Counted from the stretch's first letter, positions 40,701 through 52,955 are shown. The stretch: DNA of 64,000 bases from Octopus sinensis (GCF_006345805.1 NC_042998.1:30132001-30196000), one strand, 5' to 3'. Program-made: numbers and translations. The notes: generated by a model from the letters alone, not told the origin.

Positions 40701-41861
40701 GCGTGCGCATTTGCTTCGTATTGCAGCATAAAACACTTTCATTAATTTAGTTTCTTTATAATGTAGTTAAATTAGAACATTTTATAGAACTTGCATCAAT
40801 TTATCGCCAATTTTGAATGGTAACAATAAGTGTAGCGAACAGCTGGACACAATAGCGTCTTGGAAATGAAAGACAGCATAAATTGACCATGTAATCTCGA
40901 ATAAATTGTCTGTGAAATGTCGAGACAGGCACATTTAGAATACCTTGGATGACACGCTTTCGTGACGGAGATTGATCTCAAGTAACAAAGAAGAATGTAA
41001 TACTTCATCGAGTTTTGGAAAGTATTTTAGAAAATCTATCACTCTTCATAAACAATAATGTAACAGGCAAACTGTTCTTAGTACATTATCGAAAATAAAT
41101 ATCAGATAAGGAGATAAAGTTGCCGCTTTTAAGTTATTATGCACGAGAGGTTAATCATAAAACATCTTCTAAACATTTAAGTATAATATTTCGGAATAAC
41201 ATTCAAAATATGATGAGAGTATTTGTCTAAACTTTCGCAAGTAAACACATAACACAAGGTCATCACAACATTTAGAGTGGTTCGTTAAAGGTAGAGTAAA
41301 TATATAAATATTGTAAATATTTGTATAAAATGGAGGTTAATAAGATGGTGTGACATTTAACCAGATGCAGATATGTTGCAAGAGTTTAACTTTGGATCAA
41401 ACTTGATCAGAACACTTCTGATCAAAGTCCTTCCTTCTGTAGTGATCTCGTATTTTTCTTAGATATTATTGAATTTGAGATGGCAATATGAGACTTTTAT
41501 GTAAGTTAATATGTTTAATATGAAGGAGATTGTGGCTGTTATTCCTGTCTGGTAATACAACTATGGCTTCAAATGTGGATTCCTTATTTAGCTCTTGGTC
41601 ATGTGTGTGTGTTTGTGTGCGTGTGTAGTTTATGGTTGTGTGTGTTTGTGTGTATGTCTTTTAAATTGTTAGTATGTGTTAATGTGTGTATGTCATTCTG
41701 AGCAGATGGATAGATGGATGGATGGATGGATGGATGGATGGATGGGTGATTAGTGTGAGATAGAAGTGGATAGATGGAATGATGGATCGATCGAGAGAAA
41801 AGTAGCCATCATACACACACACATATGTGTGTGTCTTAAATAAAATGAGAAAGCAAAGCCA

Positions 41862-42002
41862 AGGCTGTATGAAATTTATTGACCTCGAAATGATAAAAGA
41901 CGAAGTCGACCTCAGTGGAATTTGAACTCAGACGGTAAATACAGACGAAATACCGCTAAGCATTTCGCCCGGCGTGCTAACGATTCTGCCAGCTCGCCGC
42001 CT
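41862..42002 (-). mobile_element. SINE type B, head half
   Basis: Reverse complement of GGCGGCGAGCTGGCAGAATCG...GAGGTCGAC. Confidence 0.9.
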
Positions 42003-42060
42003 CAAGATACTTTCTATCCTGTGCTATTACCGTCGCTACACATTCTGAAGAGAAAGTTAA

Positions 42061-42106
42061 TCTTACAGCTGTTTCTGGGATATTAGGAATATCCCTTCAT
42101 CAGAGA
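42061..42106 (-). ncRNA. Minimal type I hammerhead motif (Penelope-like)
   Basis: TCT-CTGATGAA-GGGATATT cct AATATCCC-A-GAAA-CAGCTGTA-AGA; palindromic stem III ACAGCTGT, GUA site. Confidence 0.7.
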
Positions 42107-42911
42107 CGATATGAGAGAAGTAACTAGAGGGAAATAGTAGAGTTCATTATAAGGAGTTATTTTGGAAAAGAATGTTAGGAAGTATAAAGGGAAATAAAGG
42201 AATAAAAATAAAAGTTAAAATATATGTAGGATGTTATAGTTGCAGTTCCATTATCCAAGGAAATTGTTGTGTAGAATGGGTTGAGAGACTTCTTGTCCAT
42301 GGTATGTAGATTCGGATAGTGGATAGTGAGGGGACATAAATTCCATGTGCTGTTTATTCAAAGGGGTCTTGTGGTATATATGTATGTATGTGTGTTTGTG
42401 TTTTTATGTGTGTATGTATGTATGGATGGATGGATGTGTCAAACTCCGTGGCACTTCATAGCATGATGCTTATCCTCAGCCAATGAAAATTTGAATGAGA
42501 AATCAGTTGGAGAAAGTCAGATCGGATACTATTACCGGCAGATGGACTGCGATTGGTCGAGAAAGATCCGAACAAACATTTAAGATCGAAGTCTCCCACA
42601 TATACCAGCAAAAGTAACAATATTAGTTGTAAATGAAATAGAATATGTATAATTAAGAGTACAAGATGTGTAAAATAGCTGTGAATAAATGCAACCAGCA
42701 TCCAAGAAGTTGATTATATTCTGGCCTTTGAATATTTTAAACTTTAATGTACATAGAAAATAATAAATCTATAGATGCTCATTTCGACTTTTTAACAAAG
42801 TGAGAAGTTGGTAAGATCTATGATGAAATAATTTCACTTGGAGAAAATCTTTGTACTCTTTATAGTTCATTAATTTAATATAAATTTATGTAGGTATCAA
42901 TATTCTTTTCT

Positions 42912-43309
42912 ACTCTAGGCACAAGGGCCGAAATCTTTGAAGGGAATGGGTCAGTCGATGAGATCGACTCCAGTACGGAACTGGTACTTAGTTAATCGAC
43001 CCCGAAAGGATGAAAGGCAAAATCAACCCTGACGGGATTTAAACTCAGAACGTAAAGACAGACGAAATACCTATTTCTATTTCTTTACTACCCATAAGTG
43101 GCTAAACATAGAGTGGACAAATAAGGACAGACAAAGGGATTAAGTCAGTTTCATCGATCCCAGTGCGTATCTGGTACTTAATTTGTCGACCCCGAAAGGA
43201 TGAAAAGTAAAGTCGACCACGGCAGAATTTGAACTCTGAACGTAGAGGTAGACGAAATACGGCTACGCATTTCGCCCGGCGTGCTAACGTTTCTGCCAGC
43301 TCGCCGCCT
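42912..43309 (-). mobile_element. SINE type B, head plus tandem second body
   Basis: Junction GACGAAATAC|CTATTTC at about 43060-43080. Confidence 0.9.
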
Positions 43310-44457
43310 CGATGTAGGTATTAATATGAACAGTCTCAAGTTACTTTCTACTCTGCGCTATTACCATCGCTATACATTTTACTTTTTATATTTCATTAAT
43401 ATTCTAGACACACCAAGAGATAGTGGTTTTAAGCTTAACTTTAAGCTTTTATACAAATTAATATAAACAGTCCCAAGTTACTTTCCACAGTGCTATTAAG
43501 ATTGCAACTGCTTATGCTTTGATAATTGCTGCATAAGGACATGTCTAAGTCGTGCTGTAATACAGAGACGTTTCTCTTCATGTGTTTTAAACGTGCTCAC
43601 TTGCACTAGGCGAAGCGACATTTAGTTCAATAATACGCGCTCACGTTTAAACTACCTTCAGGAAGAAAAGGGTAATACAGGTGCTCAATTCGGTTCCATT
43701 TATACGCATCAAATGGCCAACTGGAGCAAGTGAAACTGTTTAGTCACCTCTCATATATGGTTGGTGTGCATATTGTAATATCGGGTATATATACGGTTTA
43801 TAATCGTCAATTCTTATTTACAATTACAAGGACATGCATCGACGCATGATCAATCATGTGGGCATAGATTCGAAACACTTAATCTAAAAGTCTTACCCAT
43901 GGGAATCCGTTTACACGTCAAGAGGAGCGCGCGATGTAGAATTCTGTAGCAAATCTACCTAAAATTTTAGCACCAAGTTACAAGCGTTTCTAAAAATGTA
44001 AGGTTTCTAGTCATGGCATGCAATCTTTTGGAAATTTACAACTTATACTAGATAAATTTTTATGTATGTGTACCTCAGTAAGTTTTGATAGACATTTTCT
44101 TTCTATAATTCATTTGATTTTCTGAAAATATAGTTAAGTTTATTTTATACTGCTTCACATAACTGACTGTTTTAGAGGAAGAAATTAATTCACTGTTGGT
44201 TTCAGGATATATCTAATAGAGCATATTGCAGTTGATTATTGATGACTACTGACGGCCCAATAAAGATCTTGTAATGAAATTTCTAGTTAATAAATGTTAA
44301 TATTCTTGATGTTTACATTTATGCTATCTCTGTGTTAACGGTACTTTTCAGAATGGATGTATAGAATGATCACTGAATCAATCATATTTATTTAACAAAT
44401 GTTAAATAAAAAAAATTAACAACTGTTGAAATCAAATATACATTTGTATATAACATG

Positions 44458-45707
44458 TTAAATCTGCAATGGAATAACGGCTGCAATCGATAACATGAAC
44501 GTATACTCAATACAAAATGAATTATGATTTACACACGAGACCAGGAATTTTGAATCGTGTGTTTATGTCTGTACCATAGATCCCGCCACTTATCTATGCT
44601 TATTATATTGAACTCGAATAGGCGAAAGGCTAAGTTGCCCTTAGTGGGTCTTAATCATATGGAATAAATAGAGCAAAACATTTTTTCCTACGCGCTGACA
44701 TATTGTTTGTATTGCAACAAAAGATTGAGTATTTATTACCAATGTAAAATCGATCTGAAATTGATATGATCATAAACATTTACCCTGGCAATAATGTACC
44801 AATCGTAATATCAGAATAATATAGTTACCGGATAATTATATTAATACAGCTTAGATTCCTCAGCATAATATAATCTGAGATGGCTGTTCGACATGATTTG
44901 GGAATGGTTCGCTGAAGTTTAGATGTTTCGTACACTTTTGTTGATACTGCGTAATCCTGATGCTTAAACACATAGCTGCCACCAAAACATACACACATAC
45001 TATAAATGAATATCTTGTGGTGGTGTAAATCCCAATAAAATTATGTAGATAAATCCTTCTCATCTATGTCATCTACTGACGTCACCCTATAATGGTTTTA
45101 TTTCAAGGGTATCAACTGACATGCAATAAAATGCACATTAACAAACAGGAAATTTGTTTCGGCTTCTTAGTTTAAAGCATTCTAGTGACATCTTCCGCGC
45201 GGGAAAATAATCAATCGTACTTGCATGAAATCCTAATATATGATCTTCGTTGTAATTGTATAACAAACCATTAAAAGTCAGCACCATAAATGTTTTAAAT
45301 ACTCCAAATTCCTTCTGCTCGAAATTAACAGCGATTGTAAGAGTCATGTAAATAGCGAATTGTAGTTTATTACTATGTCTTTGAATCTTACTCAGCCCTA
45401 CACCGAGTTGGATTCTTGTGGTCAAACGTTCCACCTGCATACAAATGTATCTTTGTAGCTTCTGTTAGACTGGCGGAAGCTATCCATCTTTTGGTGACAT
45501 CCACGAAGGTATTTAAATGCACCAGAATTGAACTTCATGAATTAGCTTTAACTTCGTAGGCGATGGTAGTTTCATATTATCATTGTTTATCAAAATTTCA
45601 ATGAAGTCGGAAAAATCTCTGCGGACATACTTTGTCTCCAATGAACTTATGATCCACCAAACCAGTAATATGATAATCCTAATATTTCTAACCATTTGGT
45701 ACTTCAT
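44458..45707 (-). pseudogene. Intronless Cys-loop ligand-gated ion channel pseudogene (divergent nicotinic-like / chemotactile-receptor-like)
   Basis: Signal peptide; LINNDN...EVQFLVHLNTFVDV in register with alpha7 LVKNYN...TVYFSLSLLQIMDV after a 1-nt frameshift; FKT-x7-G-x19-YFP spacing; KLQRT to M2 (ITIGTLL..MFMIISISD) is 35 codons; M3 LLLQY..SI*LR; M4 WSRV..HFVLSI/TFMLSIAAVIPLQI*; many stops and frameshifts. Confidence 0.7.
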
Positions 45708-46054
45708 TCCTTTTCTTATTCCTCCGGTTTATGTTTTCTTTTTCCAGTTCATCTCATTTATGTCTAATTTTTGCTTAATTTTTTTCAAATAATCTTCATT
45801 CATTCAATCCTTTATTTCTATGTCAATATATGAGTATTCATATATGAGTTACGCGAATTTGTGTCAATGTCGATATGTATGTATCTCTCGCTTTCTTTCT
45901 CTCTCTCTCTCTCTCTTTATATATATATATATCAACAATCAAAGAACGGCCATAATAGGCCATTCACCCACTAGAAATAACAGCCAAAGCTTCAACCGCA
46001 AATAAAAATCAATTCCGTAAACCAGGAGAAAATTTAAAAAACATTTACCCTGTA

Positions 46055-46161
46055 ATTTCTTATACGATGCACCGTTTCATCTGCTGTTTAATGGTAAACT
46101 AACCTGATTAAATTAAATCAAGCCAATCTTCCATAGGCCCTCAGATTCTTCAGTAAGAAAT
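46055..46161 (-). ncRNA. Type I hammerhead ribozyme, copy 1
   Basis: Reverse complement of the motif at 47283-47389. Confidence 0.85.
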
Positions 46162-46426
46162 AGCCAAGTCGGAACAGATATTTTCACGAGGCATTTCCGA
46201 CCCTGCCAAGGCAATATCTGACCTAAAATTTTCAAATCATCGCACTCGCGCCAAATTTATCGGCAGCAAATAAATATAAGCCGTCGATTCCATTACGGAA
46301 TTAACCAGAAAATTCATAATTAATCAATATAGGGTGGCAAAAAAATTTTGTAGAATTTTTTTGCCACCAGCGGCCTAGTGGGAAAAAATTAAATAGTCAT
46401 AGACCAATATCTGTTCCGACTTGGCT

Positions 46427-46531
46427 ATTTCTTACTGAAGAATCTGAGGGCCTATGGAAGATTGGCTGATTTAATTTAATCAGGTAGTTTACCATTAAAC
46501 AGCAGATGAAACGGTGCATCGTATAAGAAAT
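46427..46531 (+). ncRNA. Type I hammerhead ribozyme, copy 2
   Basis: ATTTCTTA-CTGAAGA-ATCTG[loop]CAGAT-GAAA-CGGTGCATCGTA-TAAGAAAT; predicted cleavage after A46523. Confidence 0.85.
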
Positions 46532-46910
46532 TACAGGGTAAATGTTTTTTAAATTTTCTCCTAGTTTACGGAATTGATTTTTATTTGCGGTTGAAGCTTT
46601 GGCTGTTATTTCTAGTGGGTGAATGGCCTATTATGGCCGTTCCTTGATTGTTGATGTTGAACTTAAAAATGGTCTATGACTATTTAATTTTTTCCCACTA
46701 GGCCGCTGGTGGCAAAAAATTCTACAAAATTTTTTGCCACCCTATATTGATTAATATATATATATTATATATATATATATATATATATCAACAATCAAAG
46801 AACGGCCATAATAGGCCATTCACCCACTAGAAATAACAGCCAAAGCTTCAACCGCAAATAAAAATCAATTCCGTAAACCAGGAGAAAATTTAAAAAACAT
46901 TTACCCTGTA

Positions 46911-47017
46911 ATTTCTTATACGATGCACCGTTTCATCTGCTGTTTAATGGTAAACTAACCTGATTAAATTAAATCAAGCCAATCTTCCATAGGCCCTCAG
47001 ATTCTTCAGTAAGAAAT
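46911..47017 (-). ncRNA. Type I hammerhead ribozyme, copy 3
   Basis: Identical to copy 1, shifted 856 bp. Confidence 0.85.
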
Positions 47018-47282
47018 AGCCAAGTCGGAACAGATATTTTCACGAGGCATTTCCGACCCTGCCAAGGCAATATCTGACCTAAAATTTTCAAATCATCGCA
47101 CTCGCGCCAAATTTATCGGCAGCAAATAAATATAAGCCGTCGATTCCATTACGGAATTAACCAGAAAATTCATAATTAATCAATATAGGGTGGCAAAAAA
47201 ATTTTGTAGAATTTTTTTGCCACCAGCGGCCTAGTGGGAAAAAATTAAATAGTCATAGACCAATATCTGTTCCGACTTGGCT

Positions 47283-47389
47283 ATTTCTTACTGAAGAATC
47301 TGAGGGCCTATGGAAGATTGGCTTGATTTAATTTAATCAGGTTAGTTTACCATTAAACAGCAGATGAAACGGTGCATCGTATAAGAAAT
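47283..47389 (+). ncRNA. Type I hammerhead ribozyme, copy 4
   Basis: 8-bp stem I, CUGAAGA/GAAA core, 5-bp stem II, near-palindromic stem III, GUA site (cleavage after A47381). Confidence 0.85.
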
Positions 47390-47610
47390 TACAGGGTAAA
47401 TGTTTTTTAAATTTTCTCCTAGTTTACGGAATTGATTTTTATTTGCGGTTGAAGCTTTGGCTGTTATTTCTAGTGGGTGAATGGCCTATTATGGCCGTTC
47501 CTTGATTGTTGATGTTGAACTTAAAAATGGTCTATGACTATTTAATTTTTTCCCACTAGGCCGCTGGTGGCAAAAAAATTCTACAAAATTTTTTTGCCAC
47601 CCTATATTGA

Positions 47611-47643
<33 letters not shown>

Positions 47644-47966
47644 GGAATTGGCTTCGTTTTTTAATTCATATTTCTTACTTTCATTCGTTATTGTTATTCG
47701 TTTCCCCTTCTGTAATTTTGATTTTTACAGCTTCACCCAATCACTCTTATCTTTCTGTTACTTATTCTTTATAACTTATGTTGAATTTTCGTATTATTTG
47801 AGGCATAATTCTTTAACGAATAAACACAGCGCTACAATCGGTTTCGTATCTTGATATCTTCCAACTGATGAAATGATCTCTAATTTATTAACTTATGATA
47901 ATTAAAATATACATATATATATATAGACACATACATACATACACACGTACATGCATGTGTGTATGC

Positions 47967-48007
<41 letters not shown>

Positions 48008-49655
48008 CTGAGTGCATATATGTATATATATAACTATATATGTCTGTATATATATATATATAACTATATATGTACGTATATATGTATATATATATATAAA
48101 ACTATATATATATGTATATTTAACTATATATATATACATATATACGTACAAACATATATGCATATGTGTGCGTGTGTATGTATGCATGTATGTAATGCGC
48201 GTTTTGGCATCAAAAGAAAATATTCCATTATTTATTCATAAAACTAGTTCAGATAATGCTTTGTCTTTTTAAAGTGTTTAATGCATTTTTCTTAGATCTT
48301 TCTAAATAGTTATTGGAAATTATAATTACCACCTAATTTACAAATGCACATAATGATCTCTTCATAAATGCTCTCATCCCTTTGTCTTACGCCTTTCATA
48401 TTGGGTATTGTCTTTGATCGTATATATATAGTTTAAATTAAAACCACTTGTGTCAACGATTTTAAACAAAAGAAAGCCGTTATCGCCGCTGACAAAGATT
48501 GATCTGATCACCCCATTACTTTAATGTCTGATCTTTTATTAATTGCAATAGGCAAGCGTGGGAAAATGTAAATTATATTTAAATAAACTTCTAATTTATC
48601 TTTTTCTATATACTTTTTCTTATTATAACATAGTTATATTTGTGACTTCACTAGGAAATCGACAAGAGAACCCGTTTTCAAATCCTGGATACCGAGGAGA
48701 ATATATTGTAGAGTACCGGACCATTTGTCAAGTTTTCAGTGATTTTGTTAAGGAGTAAAAGCGAATGAGTGATATGTTTGTATGAGATTTATCTCTACTC
48801 AGTTCTACCTATTCAAAACGAGATCGAATGGTCCATTAGAAAGGAAAGCAGCAAAAGTCAGTCTAAACATGATTCCCATTACACGCTTCTCTCATATACT
48901 TGACTGCGGATCAATGTAGTCGATCATCCGCATAGGCATTTATTAATACATCCTAATTCGTCGATATTTTATGAGAAAAAGTTTACAAAATGTCGCATTT
49001 GTTTTTTTATATTACAACCTCGAAAGAAATATCCTAAACCAAAAGTCCTATCATTTGTAACTGTATTTGCTGATAATTCAGTGTTATCTTATTCCTACTC
49101 CAATCTCTATTACCAATATTTATTTTGTTTGCATCCATGGAAGGAATAACTAAATCAACAGATACGACATTTAAGATGAGTAAGTAACTAAACACGCAGT
49201 TAATCCGGCAATTTATTATTTTTGCTGACTTGTTCACAGAAAACAAATTATATTAATGTAGAATGTGATTAAAGATAAAAATAGTCTCCGTTCCTTTTTA
49301 CTATGGAAGAAAAAAATACAATTGTATAAATTAGTAGGAACTCGGAGGGTTATCGACCATAAAACGGTAATATATGTTCACACAGACATATGACTGAGTT
49401 GTAAAGTAAATTACATGGTCAGGTGAATTGACACAGCTATACTTTCAGCCACTTCTCTTAATTATAATTTCCATCTTGAAAAATATGCTCAATGGAACTG
49501 GACGTGTATCATCTTGCCTAATTATATTTTGCTGTGCAATATATGTGATAGACTGGTTGAAGATGGATGCGATTATAGCGTGGCGGCGAGTGTAAAATAA
49601 AATTCCTTGCGAGCGAAACTGAAGCAATTTAAGGAATATGGTATTAACACCGAAA

Positions 49656-50031
49656 TCTATATATATAAAGCGGAAGTTGTCTGTGTGTGGCAGGTTTGCT
49701 AGCCTTCAACTAACACTATCTCCACCGAGACTCTGCGGCGCAAGTTGACCAAAATTGAGAGTCTGATTGAAGAATACTTGCTCTTCCTTCCGTAGAAGAA
49801 CAAATTCAAATCGAACCATGTTAACACCAAAAATTATTTACATCAAAAAAGTGCTTTGTTTCTATGAAAATGCCTATTTCTTACGATTTTTTGACTGCTG
49901 TGTCGCCGTTTTTCGGTGTATTTCAACCGGGAAAATGTTCACAAGCTACATAATGCAAAATTTTTACTTTTCAAAAATTCCAATTCTAAAGGGTCGCAAC
50001 AAACCCAAGCAACACCGGGTGATACTGCTAG
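49656..50031 (+). mobile_element. Non-autonomous Helitron, second subfamily
   Basis: A|TCTATATATATAAAG start; CCCAAGCAACACCGGG..ATACTG CTAG|T end like 8607-8995, different interior. Confidence 0.8.
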
Positions 50032-50146
50032 TCACGGAATAGAAATGCATTAATGACATGAAGTTTGAAATAGAAAACAGTGGAAAATACAAAAGTAGAA
50101 ACCATGGGACGTTGATACACCGGTTATTGACAACCCAAATGCATGC

Positions 50147-50180
<34 letters not shown>

Positions 50181-50184
50181 ATGT

Positions 50185-50257
<73 letters not shown>

Positions 50258-52124
50258 TGTGTATGAATATGTATGTATGCACATGTCTATGTATATATGT
50301 GTGTGTGTATTATGTGTTTGTGCTTGTGTGTGTGTGTGTACAGGAACAAAAATAGAGGGCAGGTAGATGTTTTATTCTGGATGAAGCAAAAGGAAATTGA
50401 CGTGGAATAGAAGCTCTAATGATTAATAATAGATCGTAGTTGACAGATTGCCTAAGGCGTATAAGGAAGAAAATGCGAGGTGGATGACTGTAAAAAGCAA
50501 AATGTAATCTAATCGATCTGCACTTAGAAGCAGAAATTACAAGTGGATGAATAAAAAAACAGTAAATAAGAACGGAGATTTATTACATTGCGTGTAAAGA
50601 TTAATCCTTTCTTAAATGTATACCTTCTTATTTAATCAAAATGTGAAATAATATAGATGGGTGAATAAACGGGAAAAGCTATTTGGGAAACTAGACACAT
50701 CAAAGGAGATGAGTATGTAGGGTTTCAAACGGCAGTATTCAAGAAATAATGAGAGAGTGAGAGAGAGAGAGAAAGAAATGTGGAACTTCCCTGCGAAAGT
50801 GAAAGTAGGCCTTAAGAAAGAATAAATAGTGAAGTATGCTGACAAACAGAATAGTTCACATACAAAAGGAAAATATATCGGAAAAATTAGAAAAATAAAC
50901 AGAAGAATTAATGGAGGCACATATATGTTTTGTAGTCATAGCACAGACGCAGGAATGCAGGCGCACACACACAGATCTACACACAAACACAGTCGTTCAC
51001 AAACATAGAAAGCGAGTGGAAAAGAGAGTTATTAAGATGCTACTGAGAGCCTTAAATGTACGCCTGAACCATTGCTTTCGCGTTTTATCCCCTGCGTTCA
51101 CCTTTATTTGTCCAAGTAAACACTCTTTTGCAGATACTTTACCAATGCTGCGCACAGGAAAATCATTGCCCCTTAGGTTAAGTGGCAGCTTAAAAACATG
51201 ATGTGCAGATCATCCACGAACAAATTTGGAGCAAATGCTGATGAGGAAATTGCAATAGCAACCTTCTTCCATGAACAAAGATTTTTTTTTCCAAAATAAT
51301 ATTGATAAAGTCTTTGCTTTTTTCACTAGACCGGTCAGAGATGAGATGCCCTGATTGTGTAATTCTTGTCCATGCCATTCTCACTAGAATTCGGAGTAAT
51401 TCATTTTCGTGGACAAAGTGGCTTCGTTGGGTTAGTAGCCCGCGCTCTTAACCACTACGCCATATACCCGTGGGCAATTATGGAGTGAATTCTAGTGCTT
51501 TTAACTCTAATATTTTCCTATCCTTCCTATTACGTCGTAAAAGATACATATTAATGTGGCTAGGATTTTTCTGCCGTAAAATACATTAACGTACAATGGA
51601 GGTTTCTGTAATTTGATTCGTTTTCTGCGCATGTTCATTCAAATAGAAAAGAGAAAGTGGTTCGTAAGTTTGAAAGCGAATATTAAATAAATTCTGTTAA
51701 AGAAAGAAATTTCTAACTCCATTTTTAAATATCTATTGTTTATCTACAAGTATATATGTAATTTCTTAAGTAGATGAAGTTCCGATTATTCTAGAAAATA
51801 TTAAAATATATTACATGTAAATTATTTTGAGATTGTAGTTAAATAAATATACAGGGATGATATTGGATTAAATTCTGTCATATCTTATCTCATGTTAAGC
51901 CTCAAACTTTCTGTTGTAAATGTGCATTTAGTATACGAAGAAATGAATTTAAAATACATGATGTGATTTTCCGAATTCGAAATATTTTTCTCCGTGTAAT
52001 GACTAAAATATTCATCAATGACATCTACGCTACTGTTTAAATAAAATTCTCGCTTTTAATGACATGGAAGGCATTTTCATTTTCAAAGAAGATATAACAA
52101 AAGTTTGGAACGTCTACTCATTAT

Positions 52125-52440
52125 AGTAAAGATTGTTTGCCAACATAATATGGCAGTCCTGCTTTAGGACGAATGTTGCTGTAATTTAGCCCCAGGAGAC
52201 ATCGTCTCTTGCTGGCTACACAACACGATCTGTATCTTTATATTATCGAACAAGGGAATCTAGCAGCCTCACTAAGCTCAAAACAATATCTGTGTATCAC
52301 GATTTCCGGGTTATTTCCCCTCATATATGGACACATATCGTGTCTTATTGCCAGCTGGGGACGATATCTCCTGGGGCTAAATTACAGCAACATTCGTCCT
52401 AAACCAGGACTGCCATGTTATGTTGGCAAAAATCTTTACT
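52125..52440. mobile_element. MITE with about 90-bp TIRs
   Basis: TTTGCCAACATAATATGGCAGTCCTG...GCTGGC versus reverse complement of 52350-52430; TSD not evident. Confidence 0.85.
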
Positions 52441-52595
52441 CCAAAGTGCTGTTGCTGAATATTTCACGTTGTGAGATTTAAAAATAGTAATTGTCTACTC
52501 ATTAGTCTAACTATATACAGAGAGTATCTTACCCTCATCGCCATATTTACATTATGTGCAAACAACAAAGAATATTCTATATATGTATATGTATA

Positions 52596-52950
52596 GGTGC
52601 AGGCATGGCTGTGTGGTAAAAAGCTTGCTTACCAGCCACTATGTCCCGGGTTCAGTCCCACTGCGTGGCACCTTGGGCCAGTGTCTTCTACTATAGCCTC
52701 AGGCCAACCAAAGCCTTGTGAGTGGATTTGGTAGACGGAAACTGAAAGAACTCATATATGTATATATATATATGTGTGTTTGTGTGCGTATTTGCACACA
52801 CACCCATCATCGCTTGACAACCGATGTTGGTGTGTTTACGTCCCCGTAACTTAGCGGTTCGGCTAAAGAGTCCGACAGGATAAGTACTAGGCTCCCAAAG
52901 GATTTGTTCCAGCATGCCCGCAGTCAAATGACTGAAACAAAAAAAGGAAT
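52596..52950 (+). mobile_element. SINE type A
   Basis: GGTGCAGGCATGGCTGTGTGGTAA head to GACTGAAAC tail. Confidence 0.9.
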
Positions 52951-52955
52951 ATATA

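Larger units (their letters stand above)
45931..47614. mobile_element. Hammerhead-bearing non-autonomous retroelement (retrozyme/Penelope-like), inverted structure, duplicated with 856-bp period between (TA)n tracts
   Basis: Unit A(45931-46182) B(46183-46319) C(46320-46406) A'(46406-46655) x(46656-46669) C'(46670-46754), repeated at 46787-47614. Confidence 0.8.

Noticed and set aside
45931-46754. DIRS-like interpretation (ITRs plus internal complementary region)
   Set aside because: Segment C complements only the right end, not an end-plus-start junction. No YR or RT sequence is present, and the hammerhead plus circular permutation explain the layout better.
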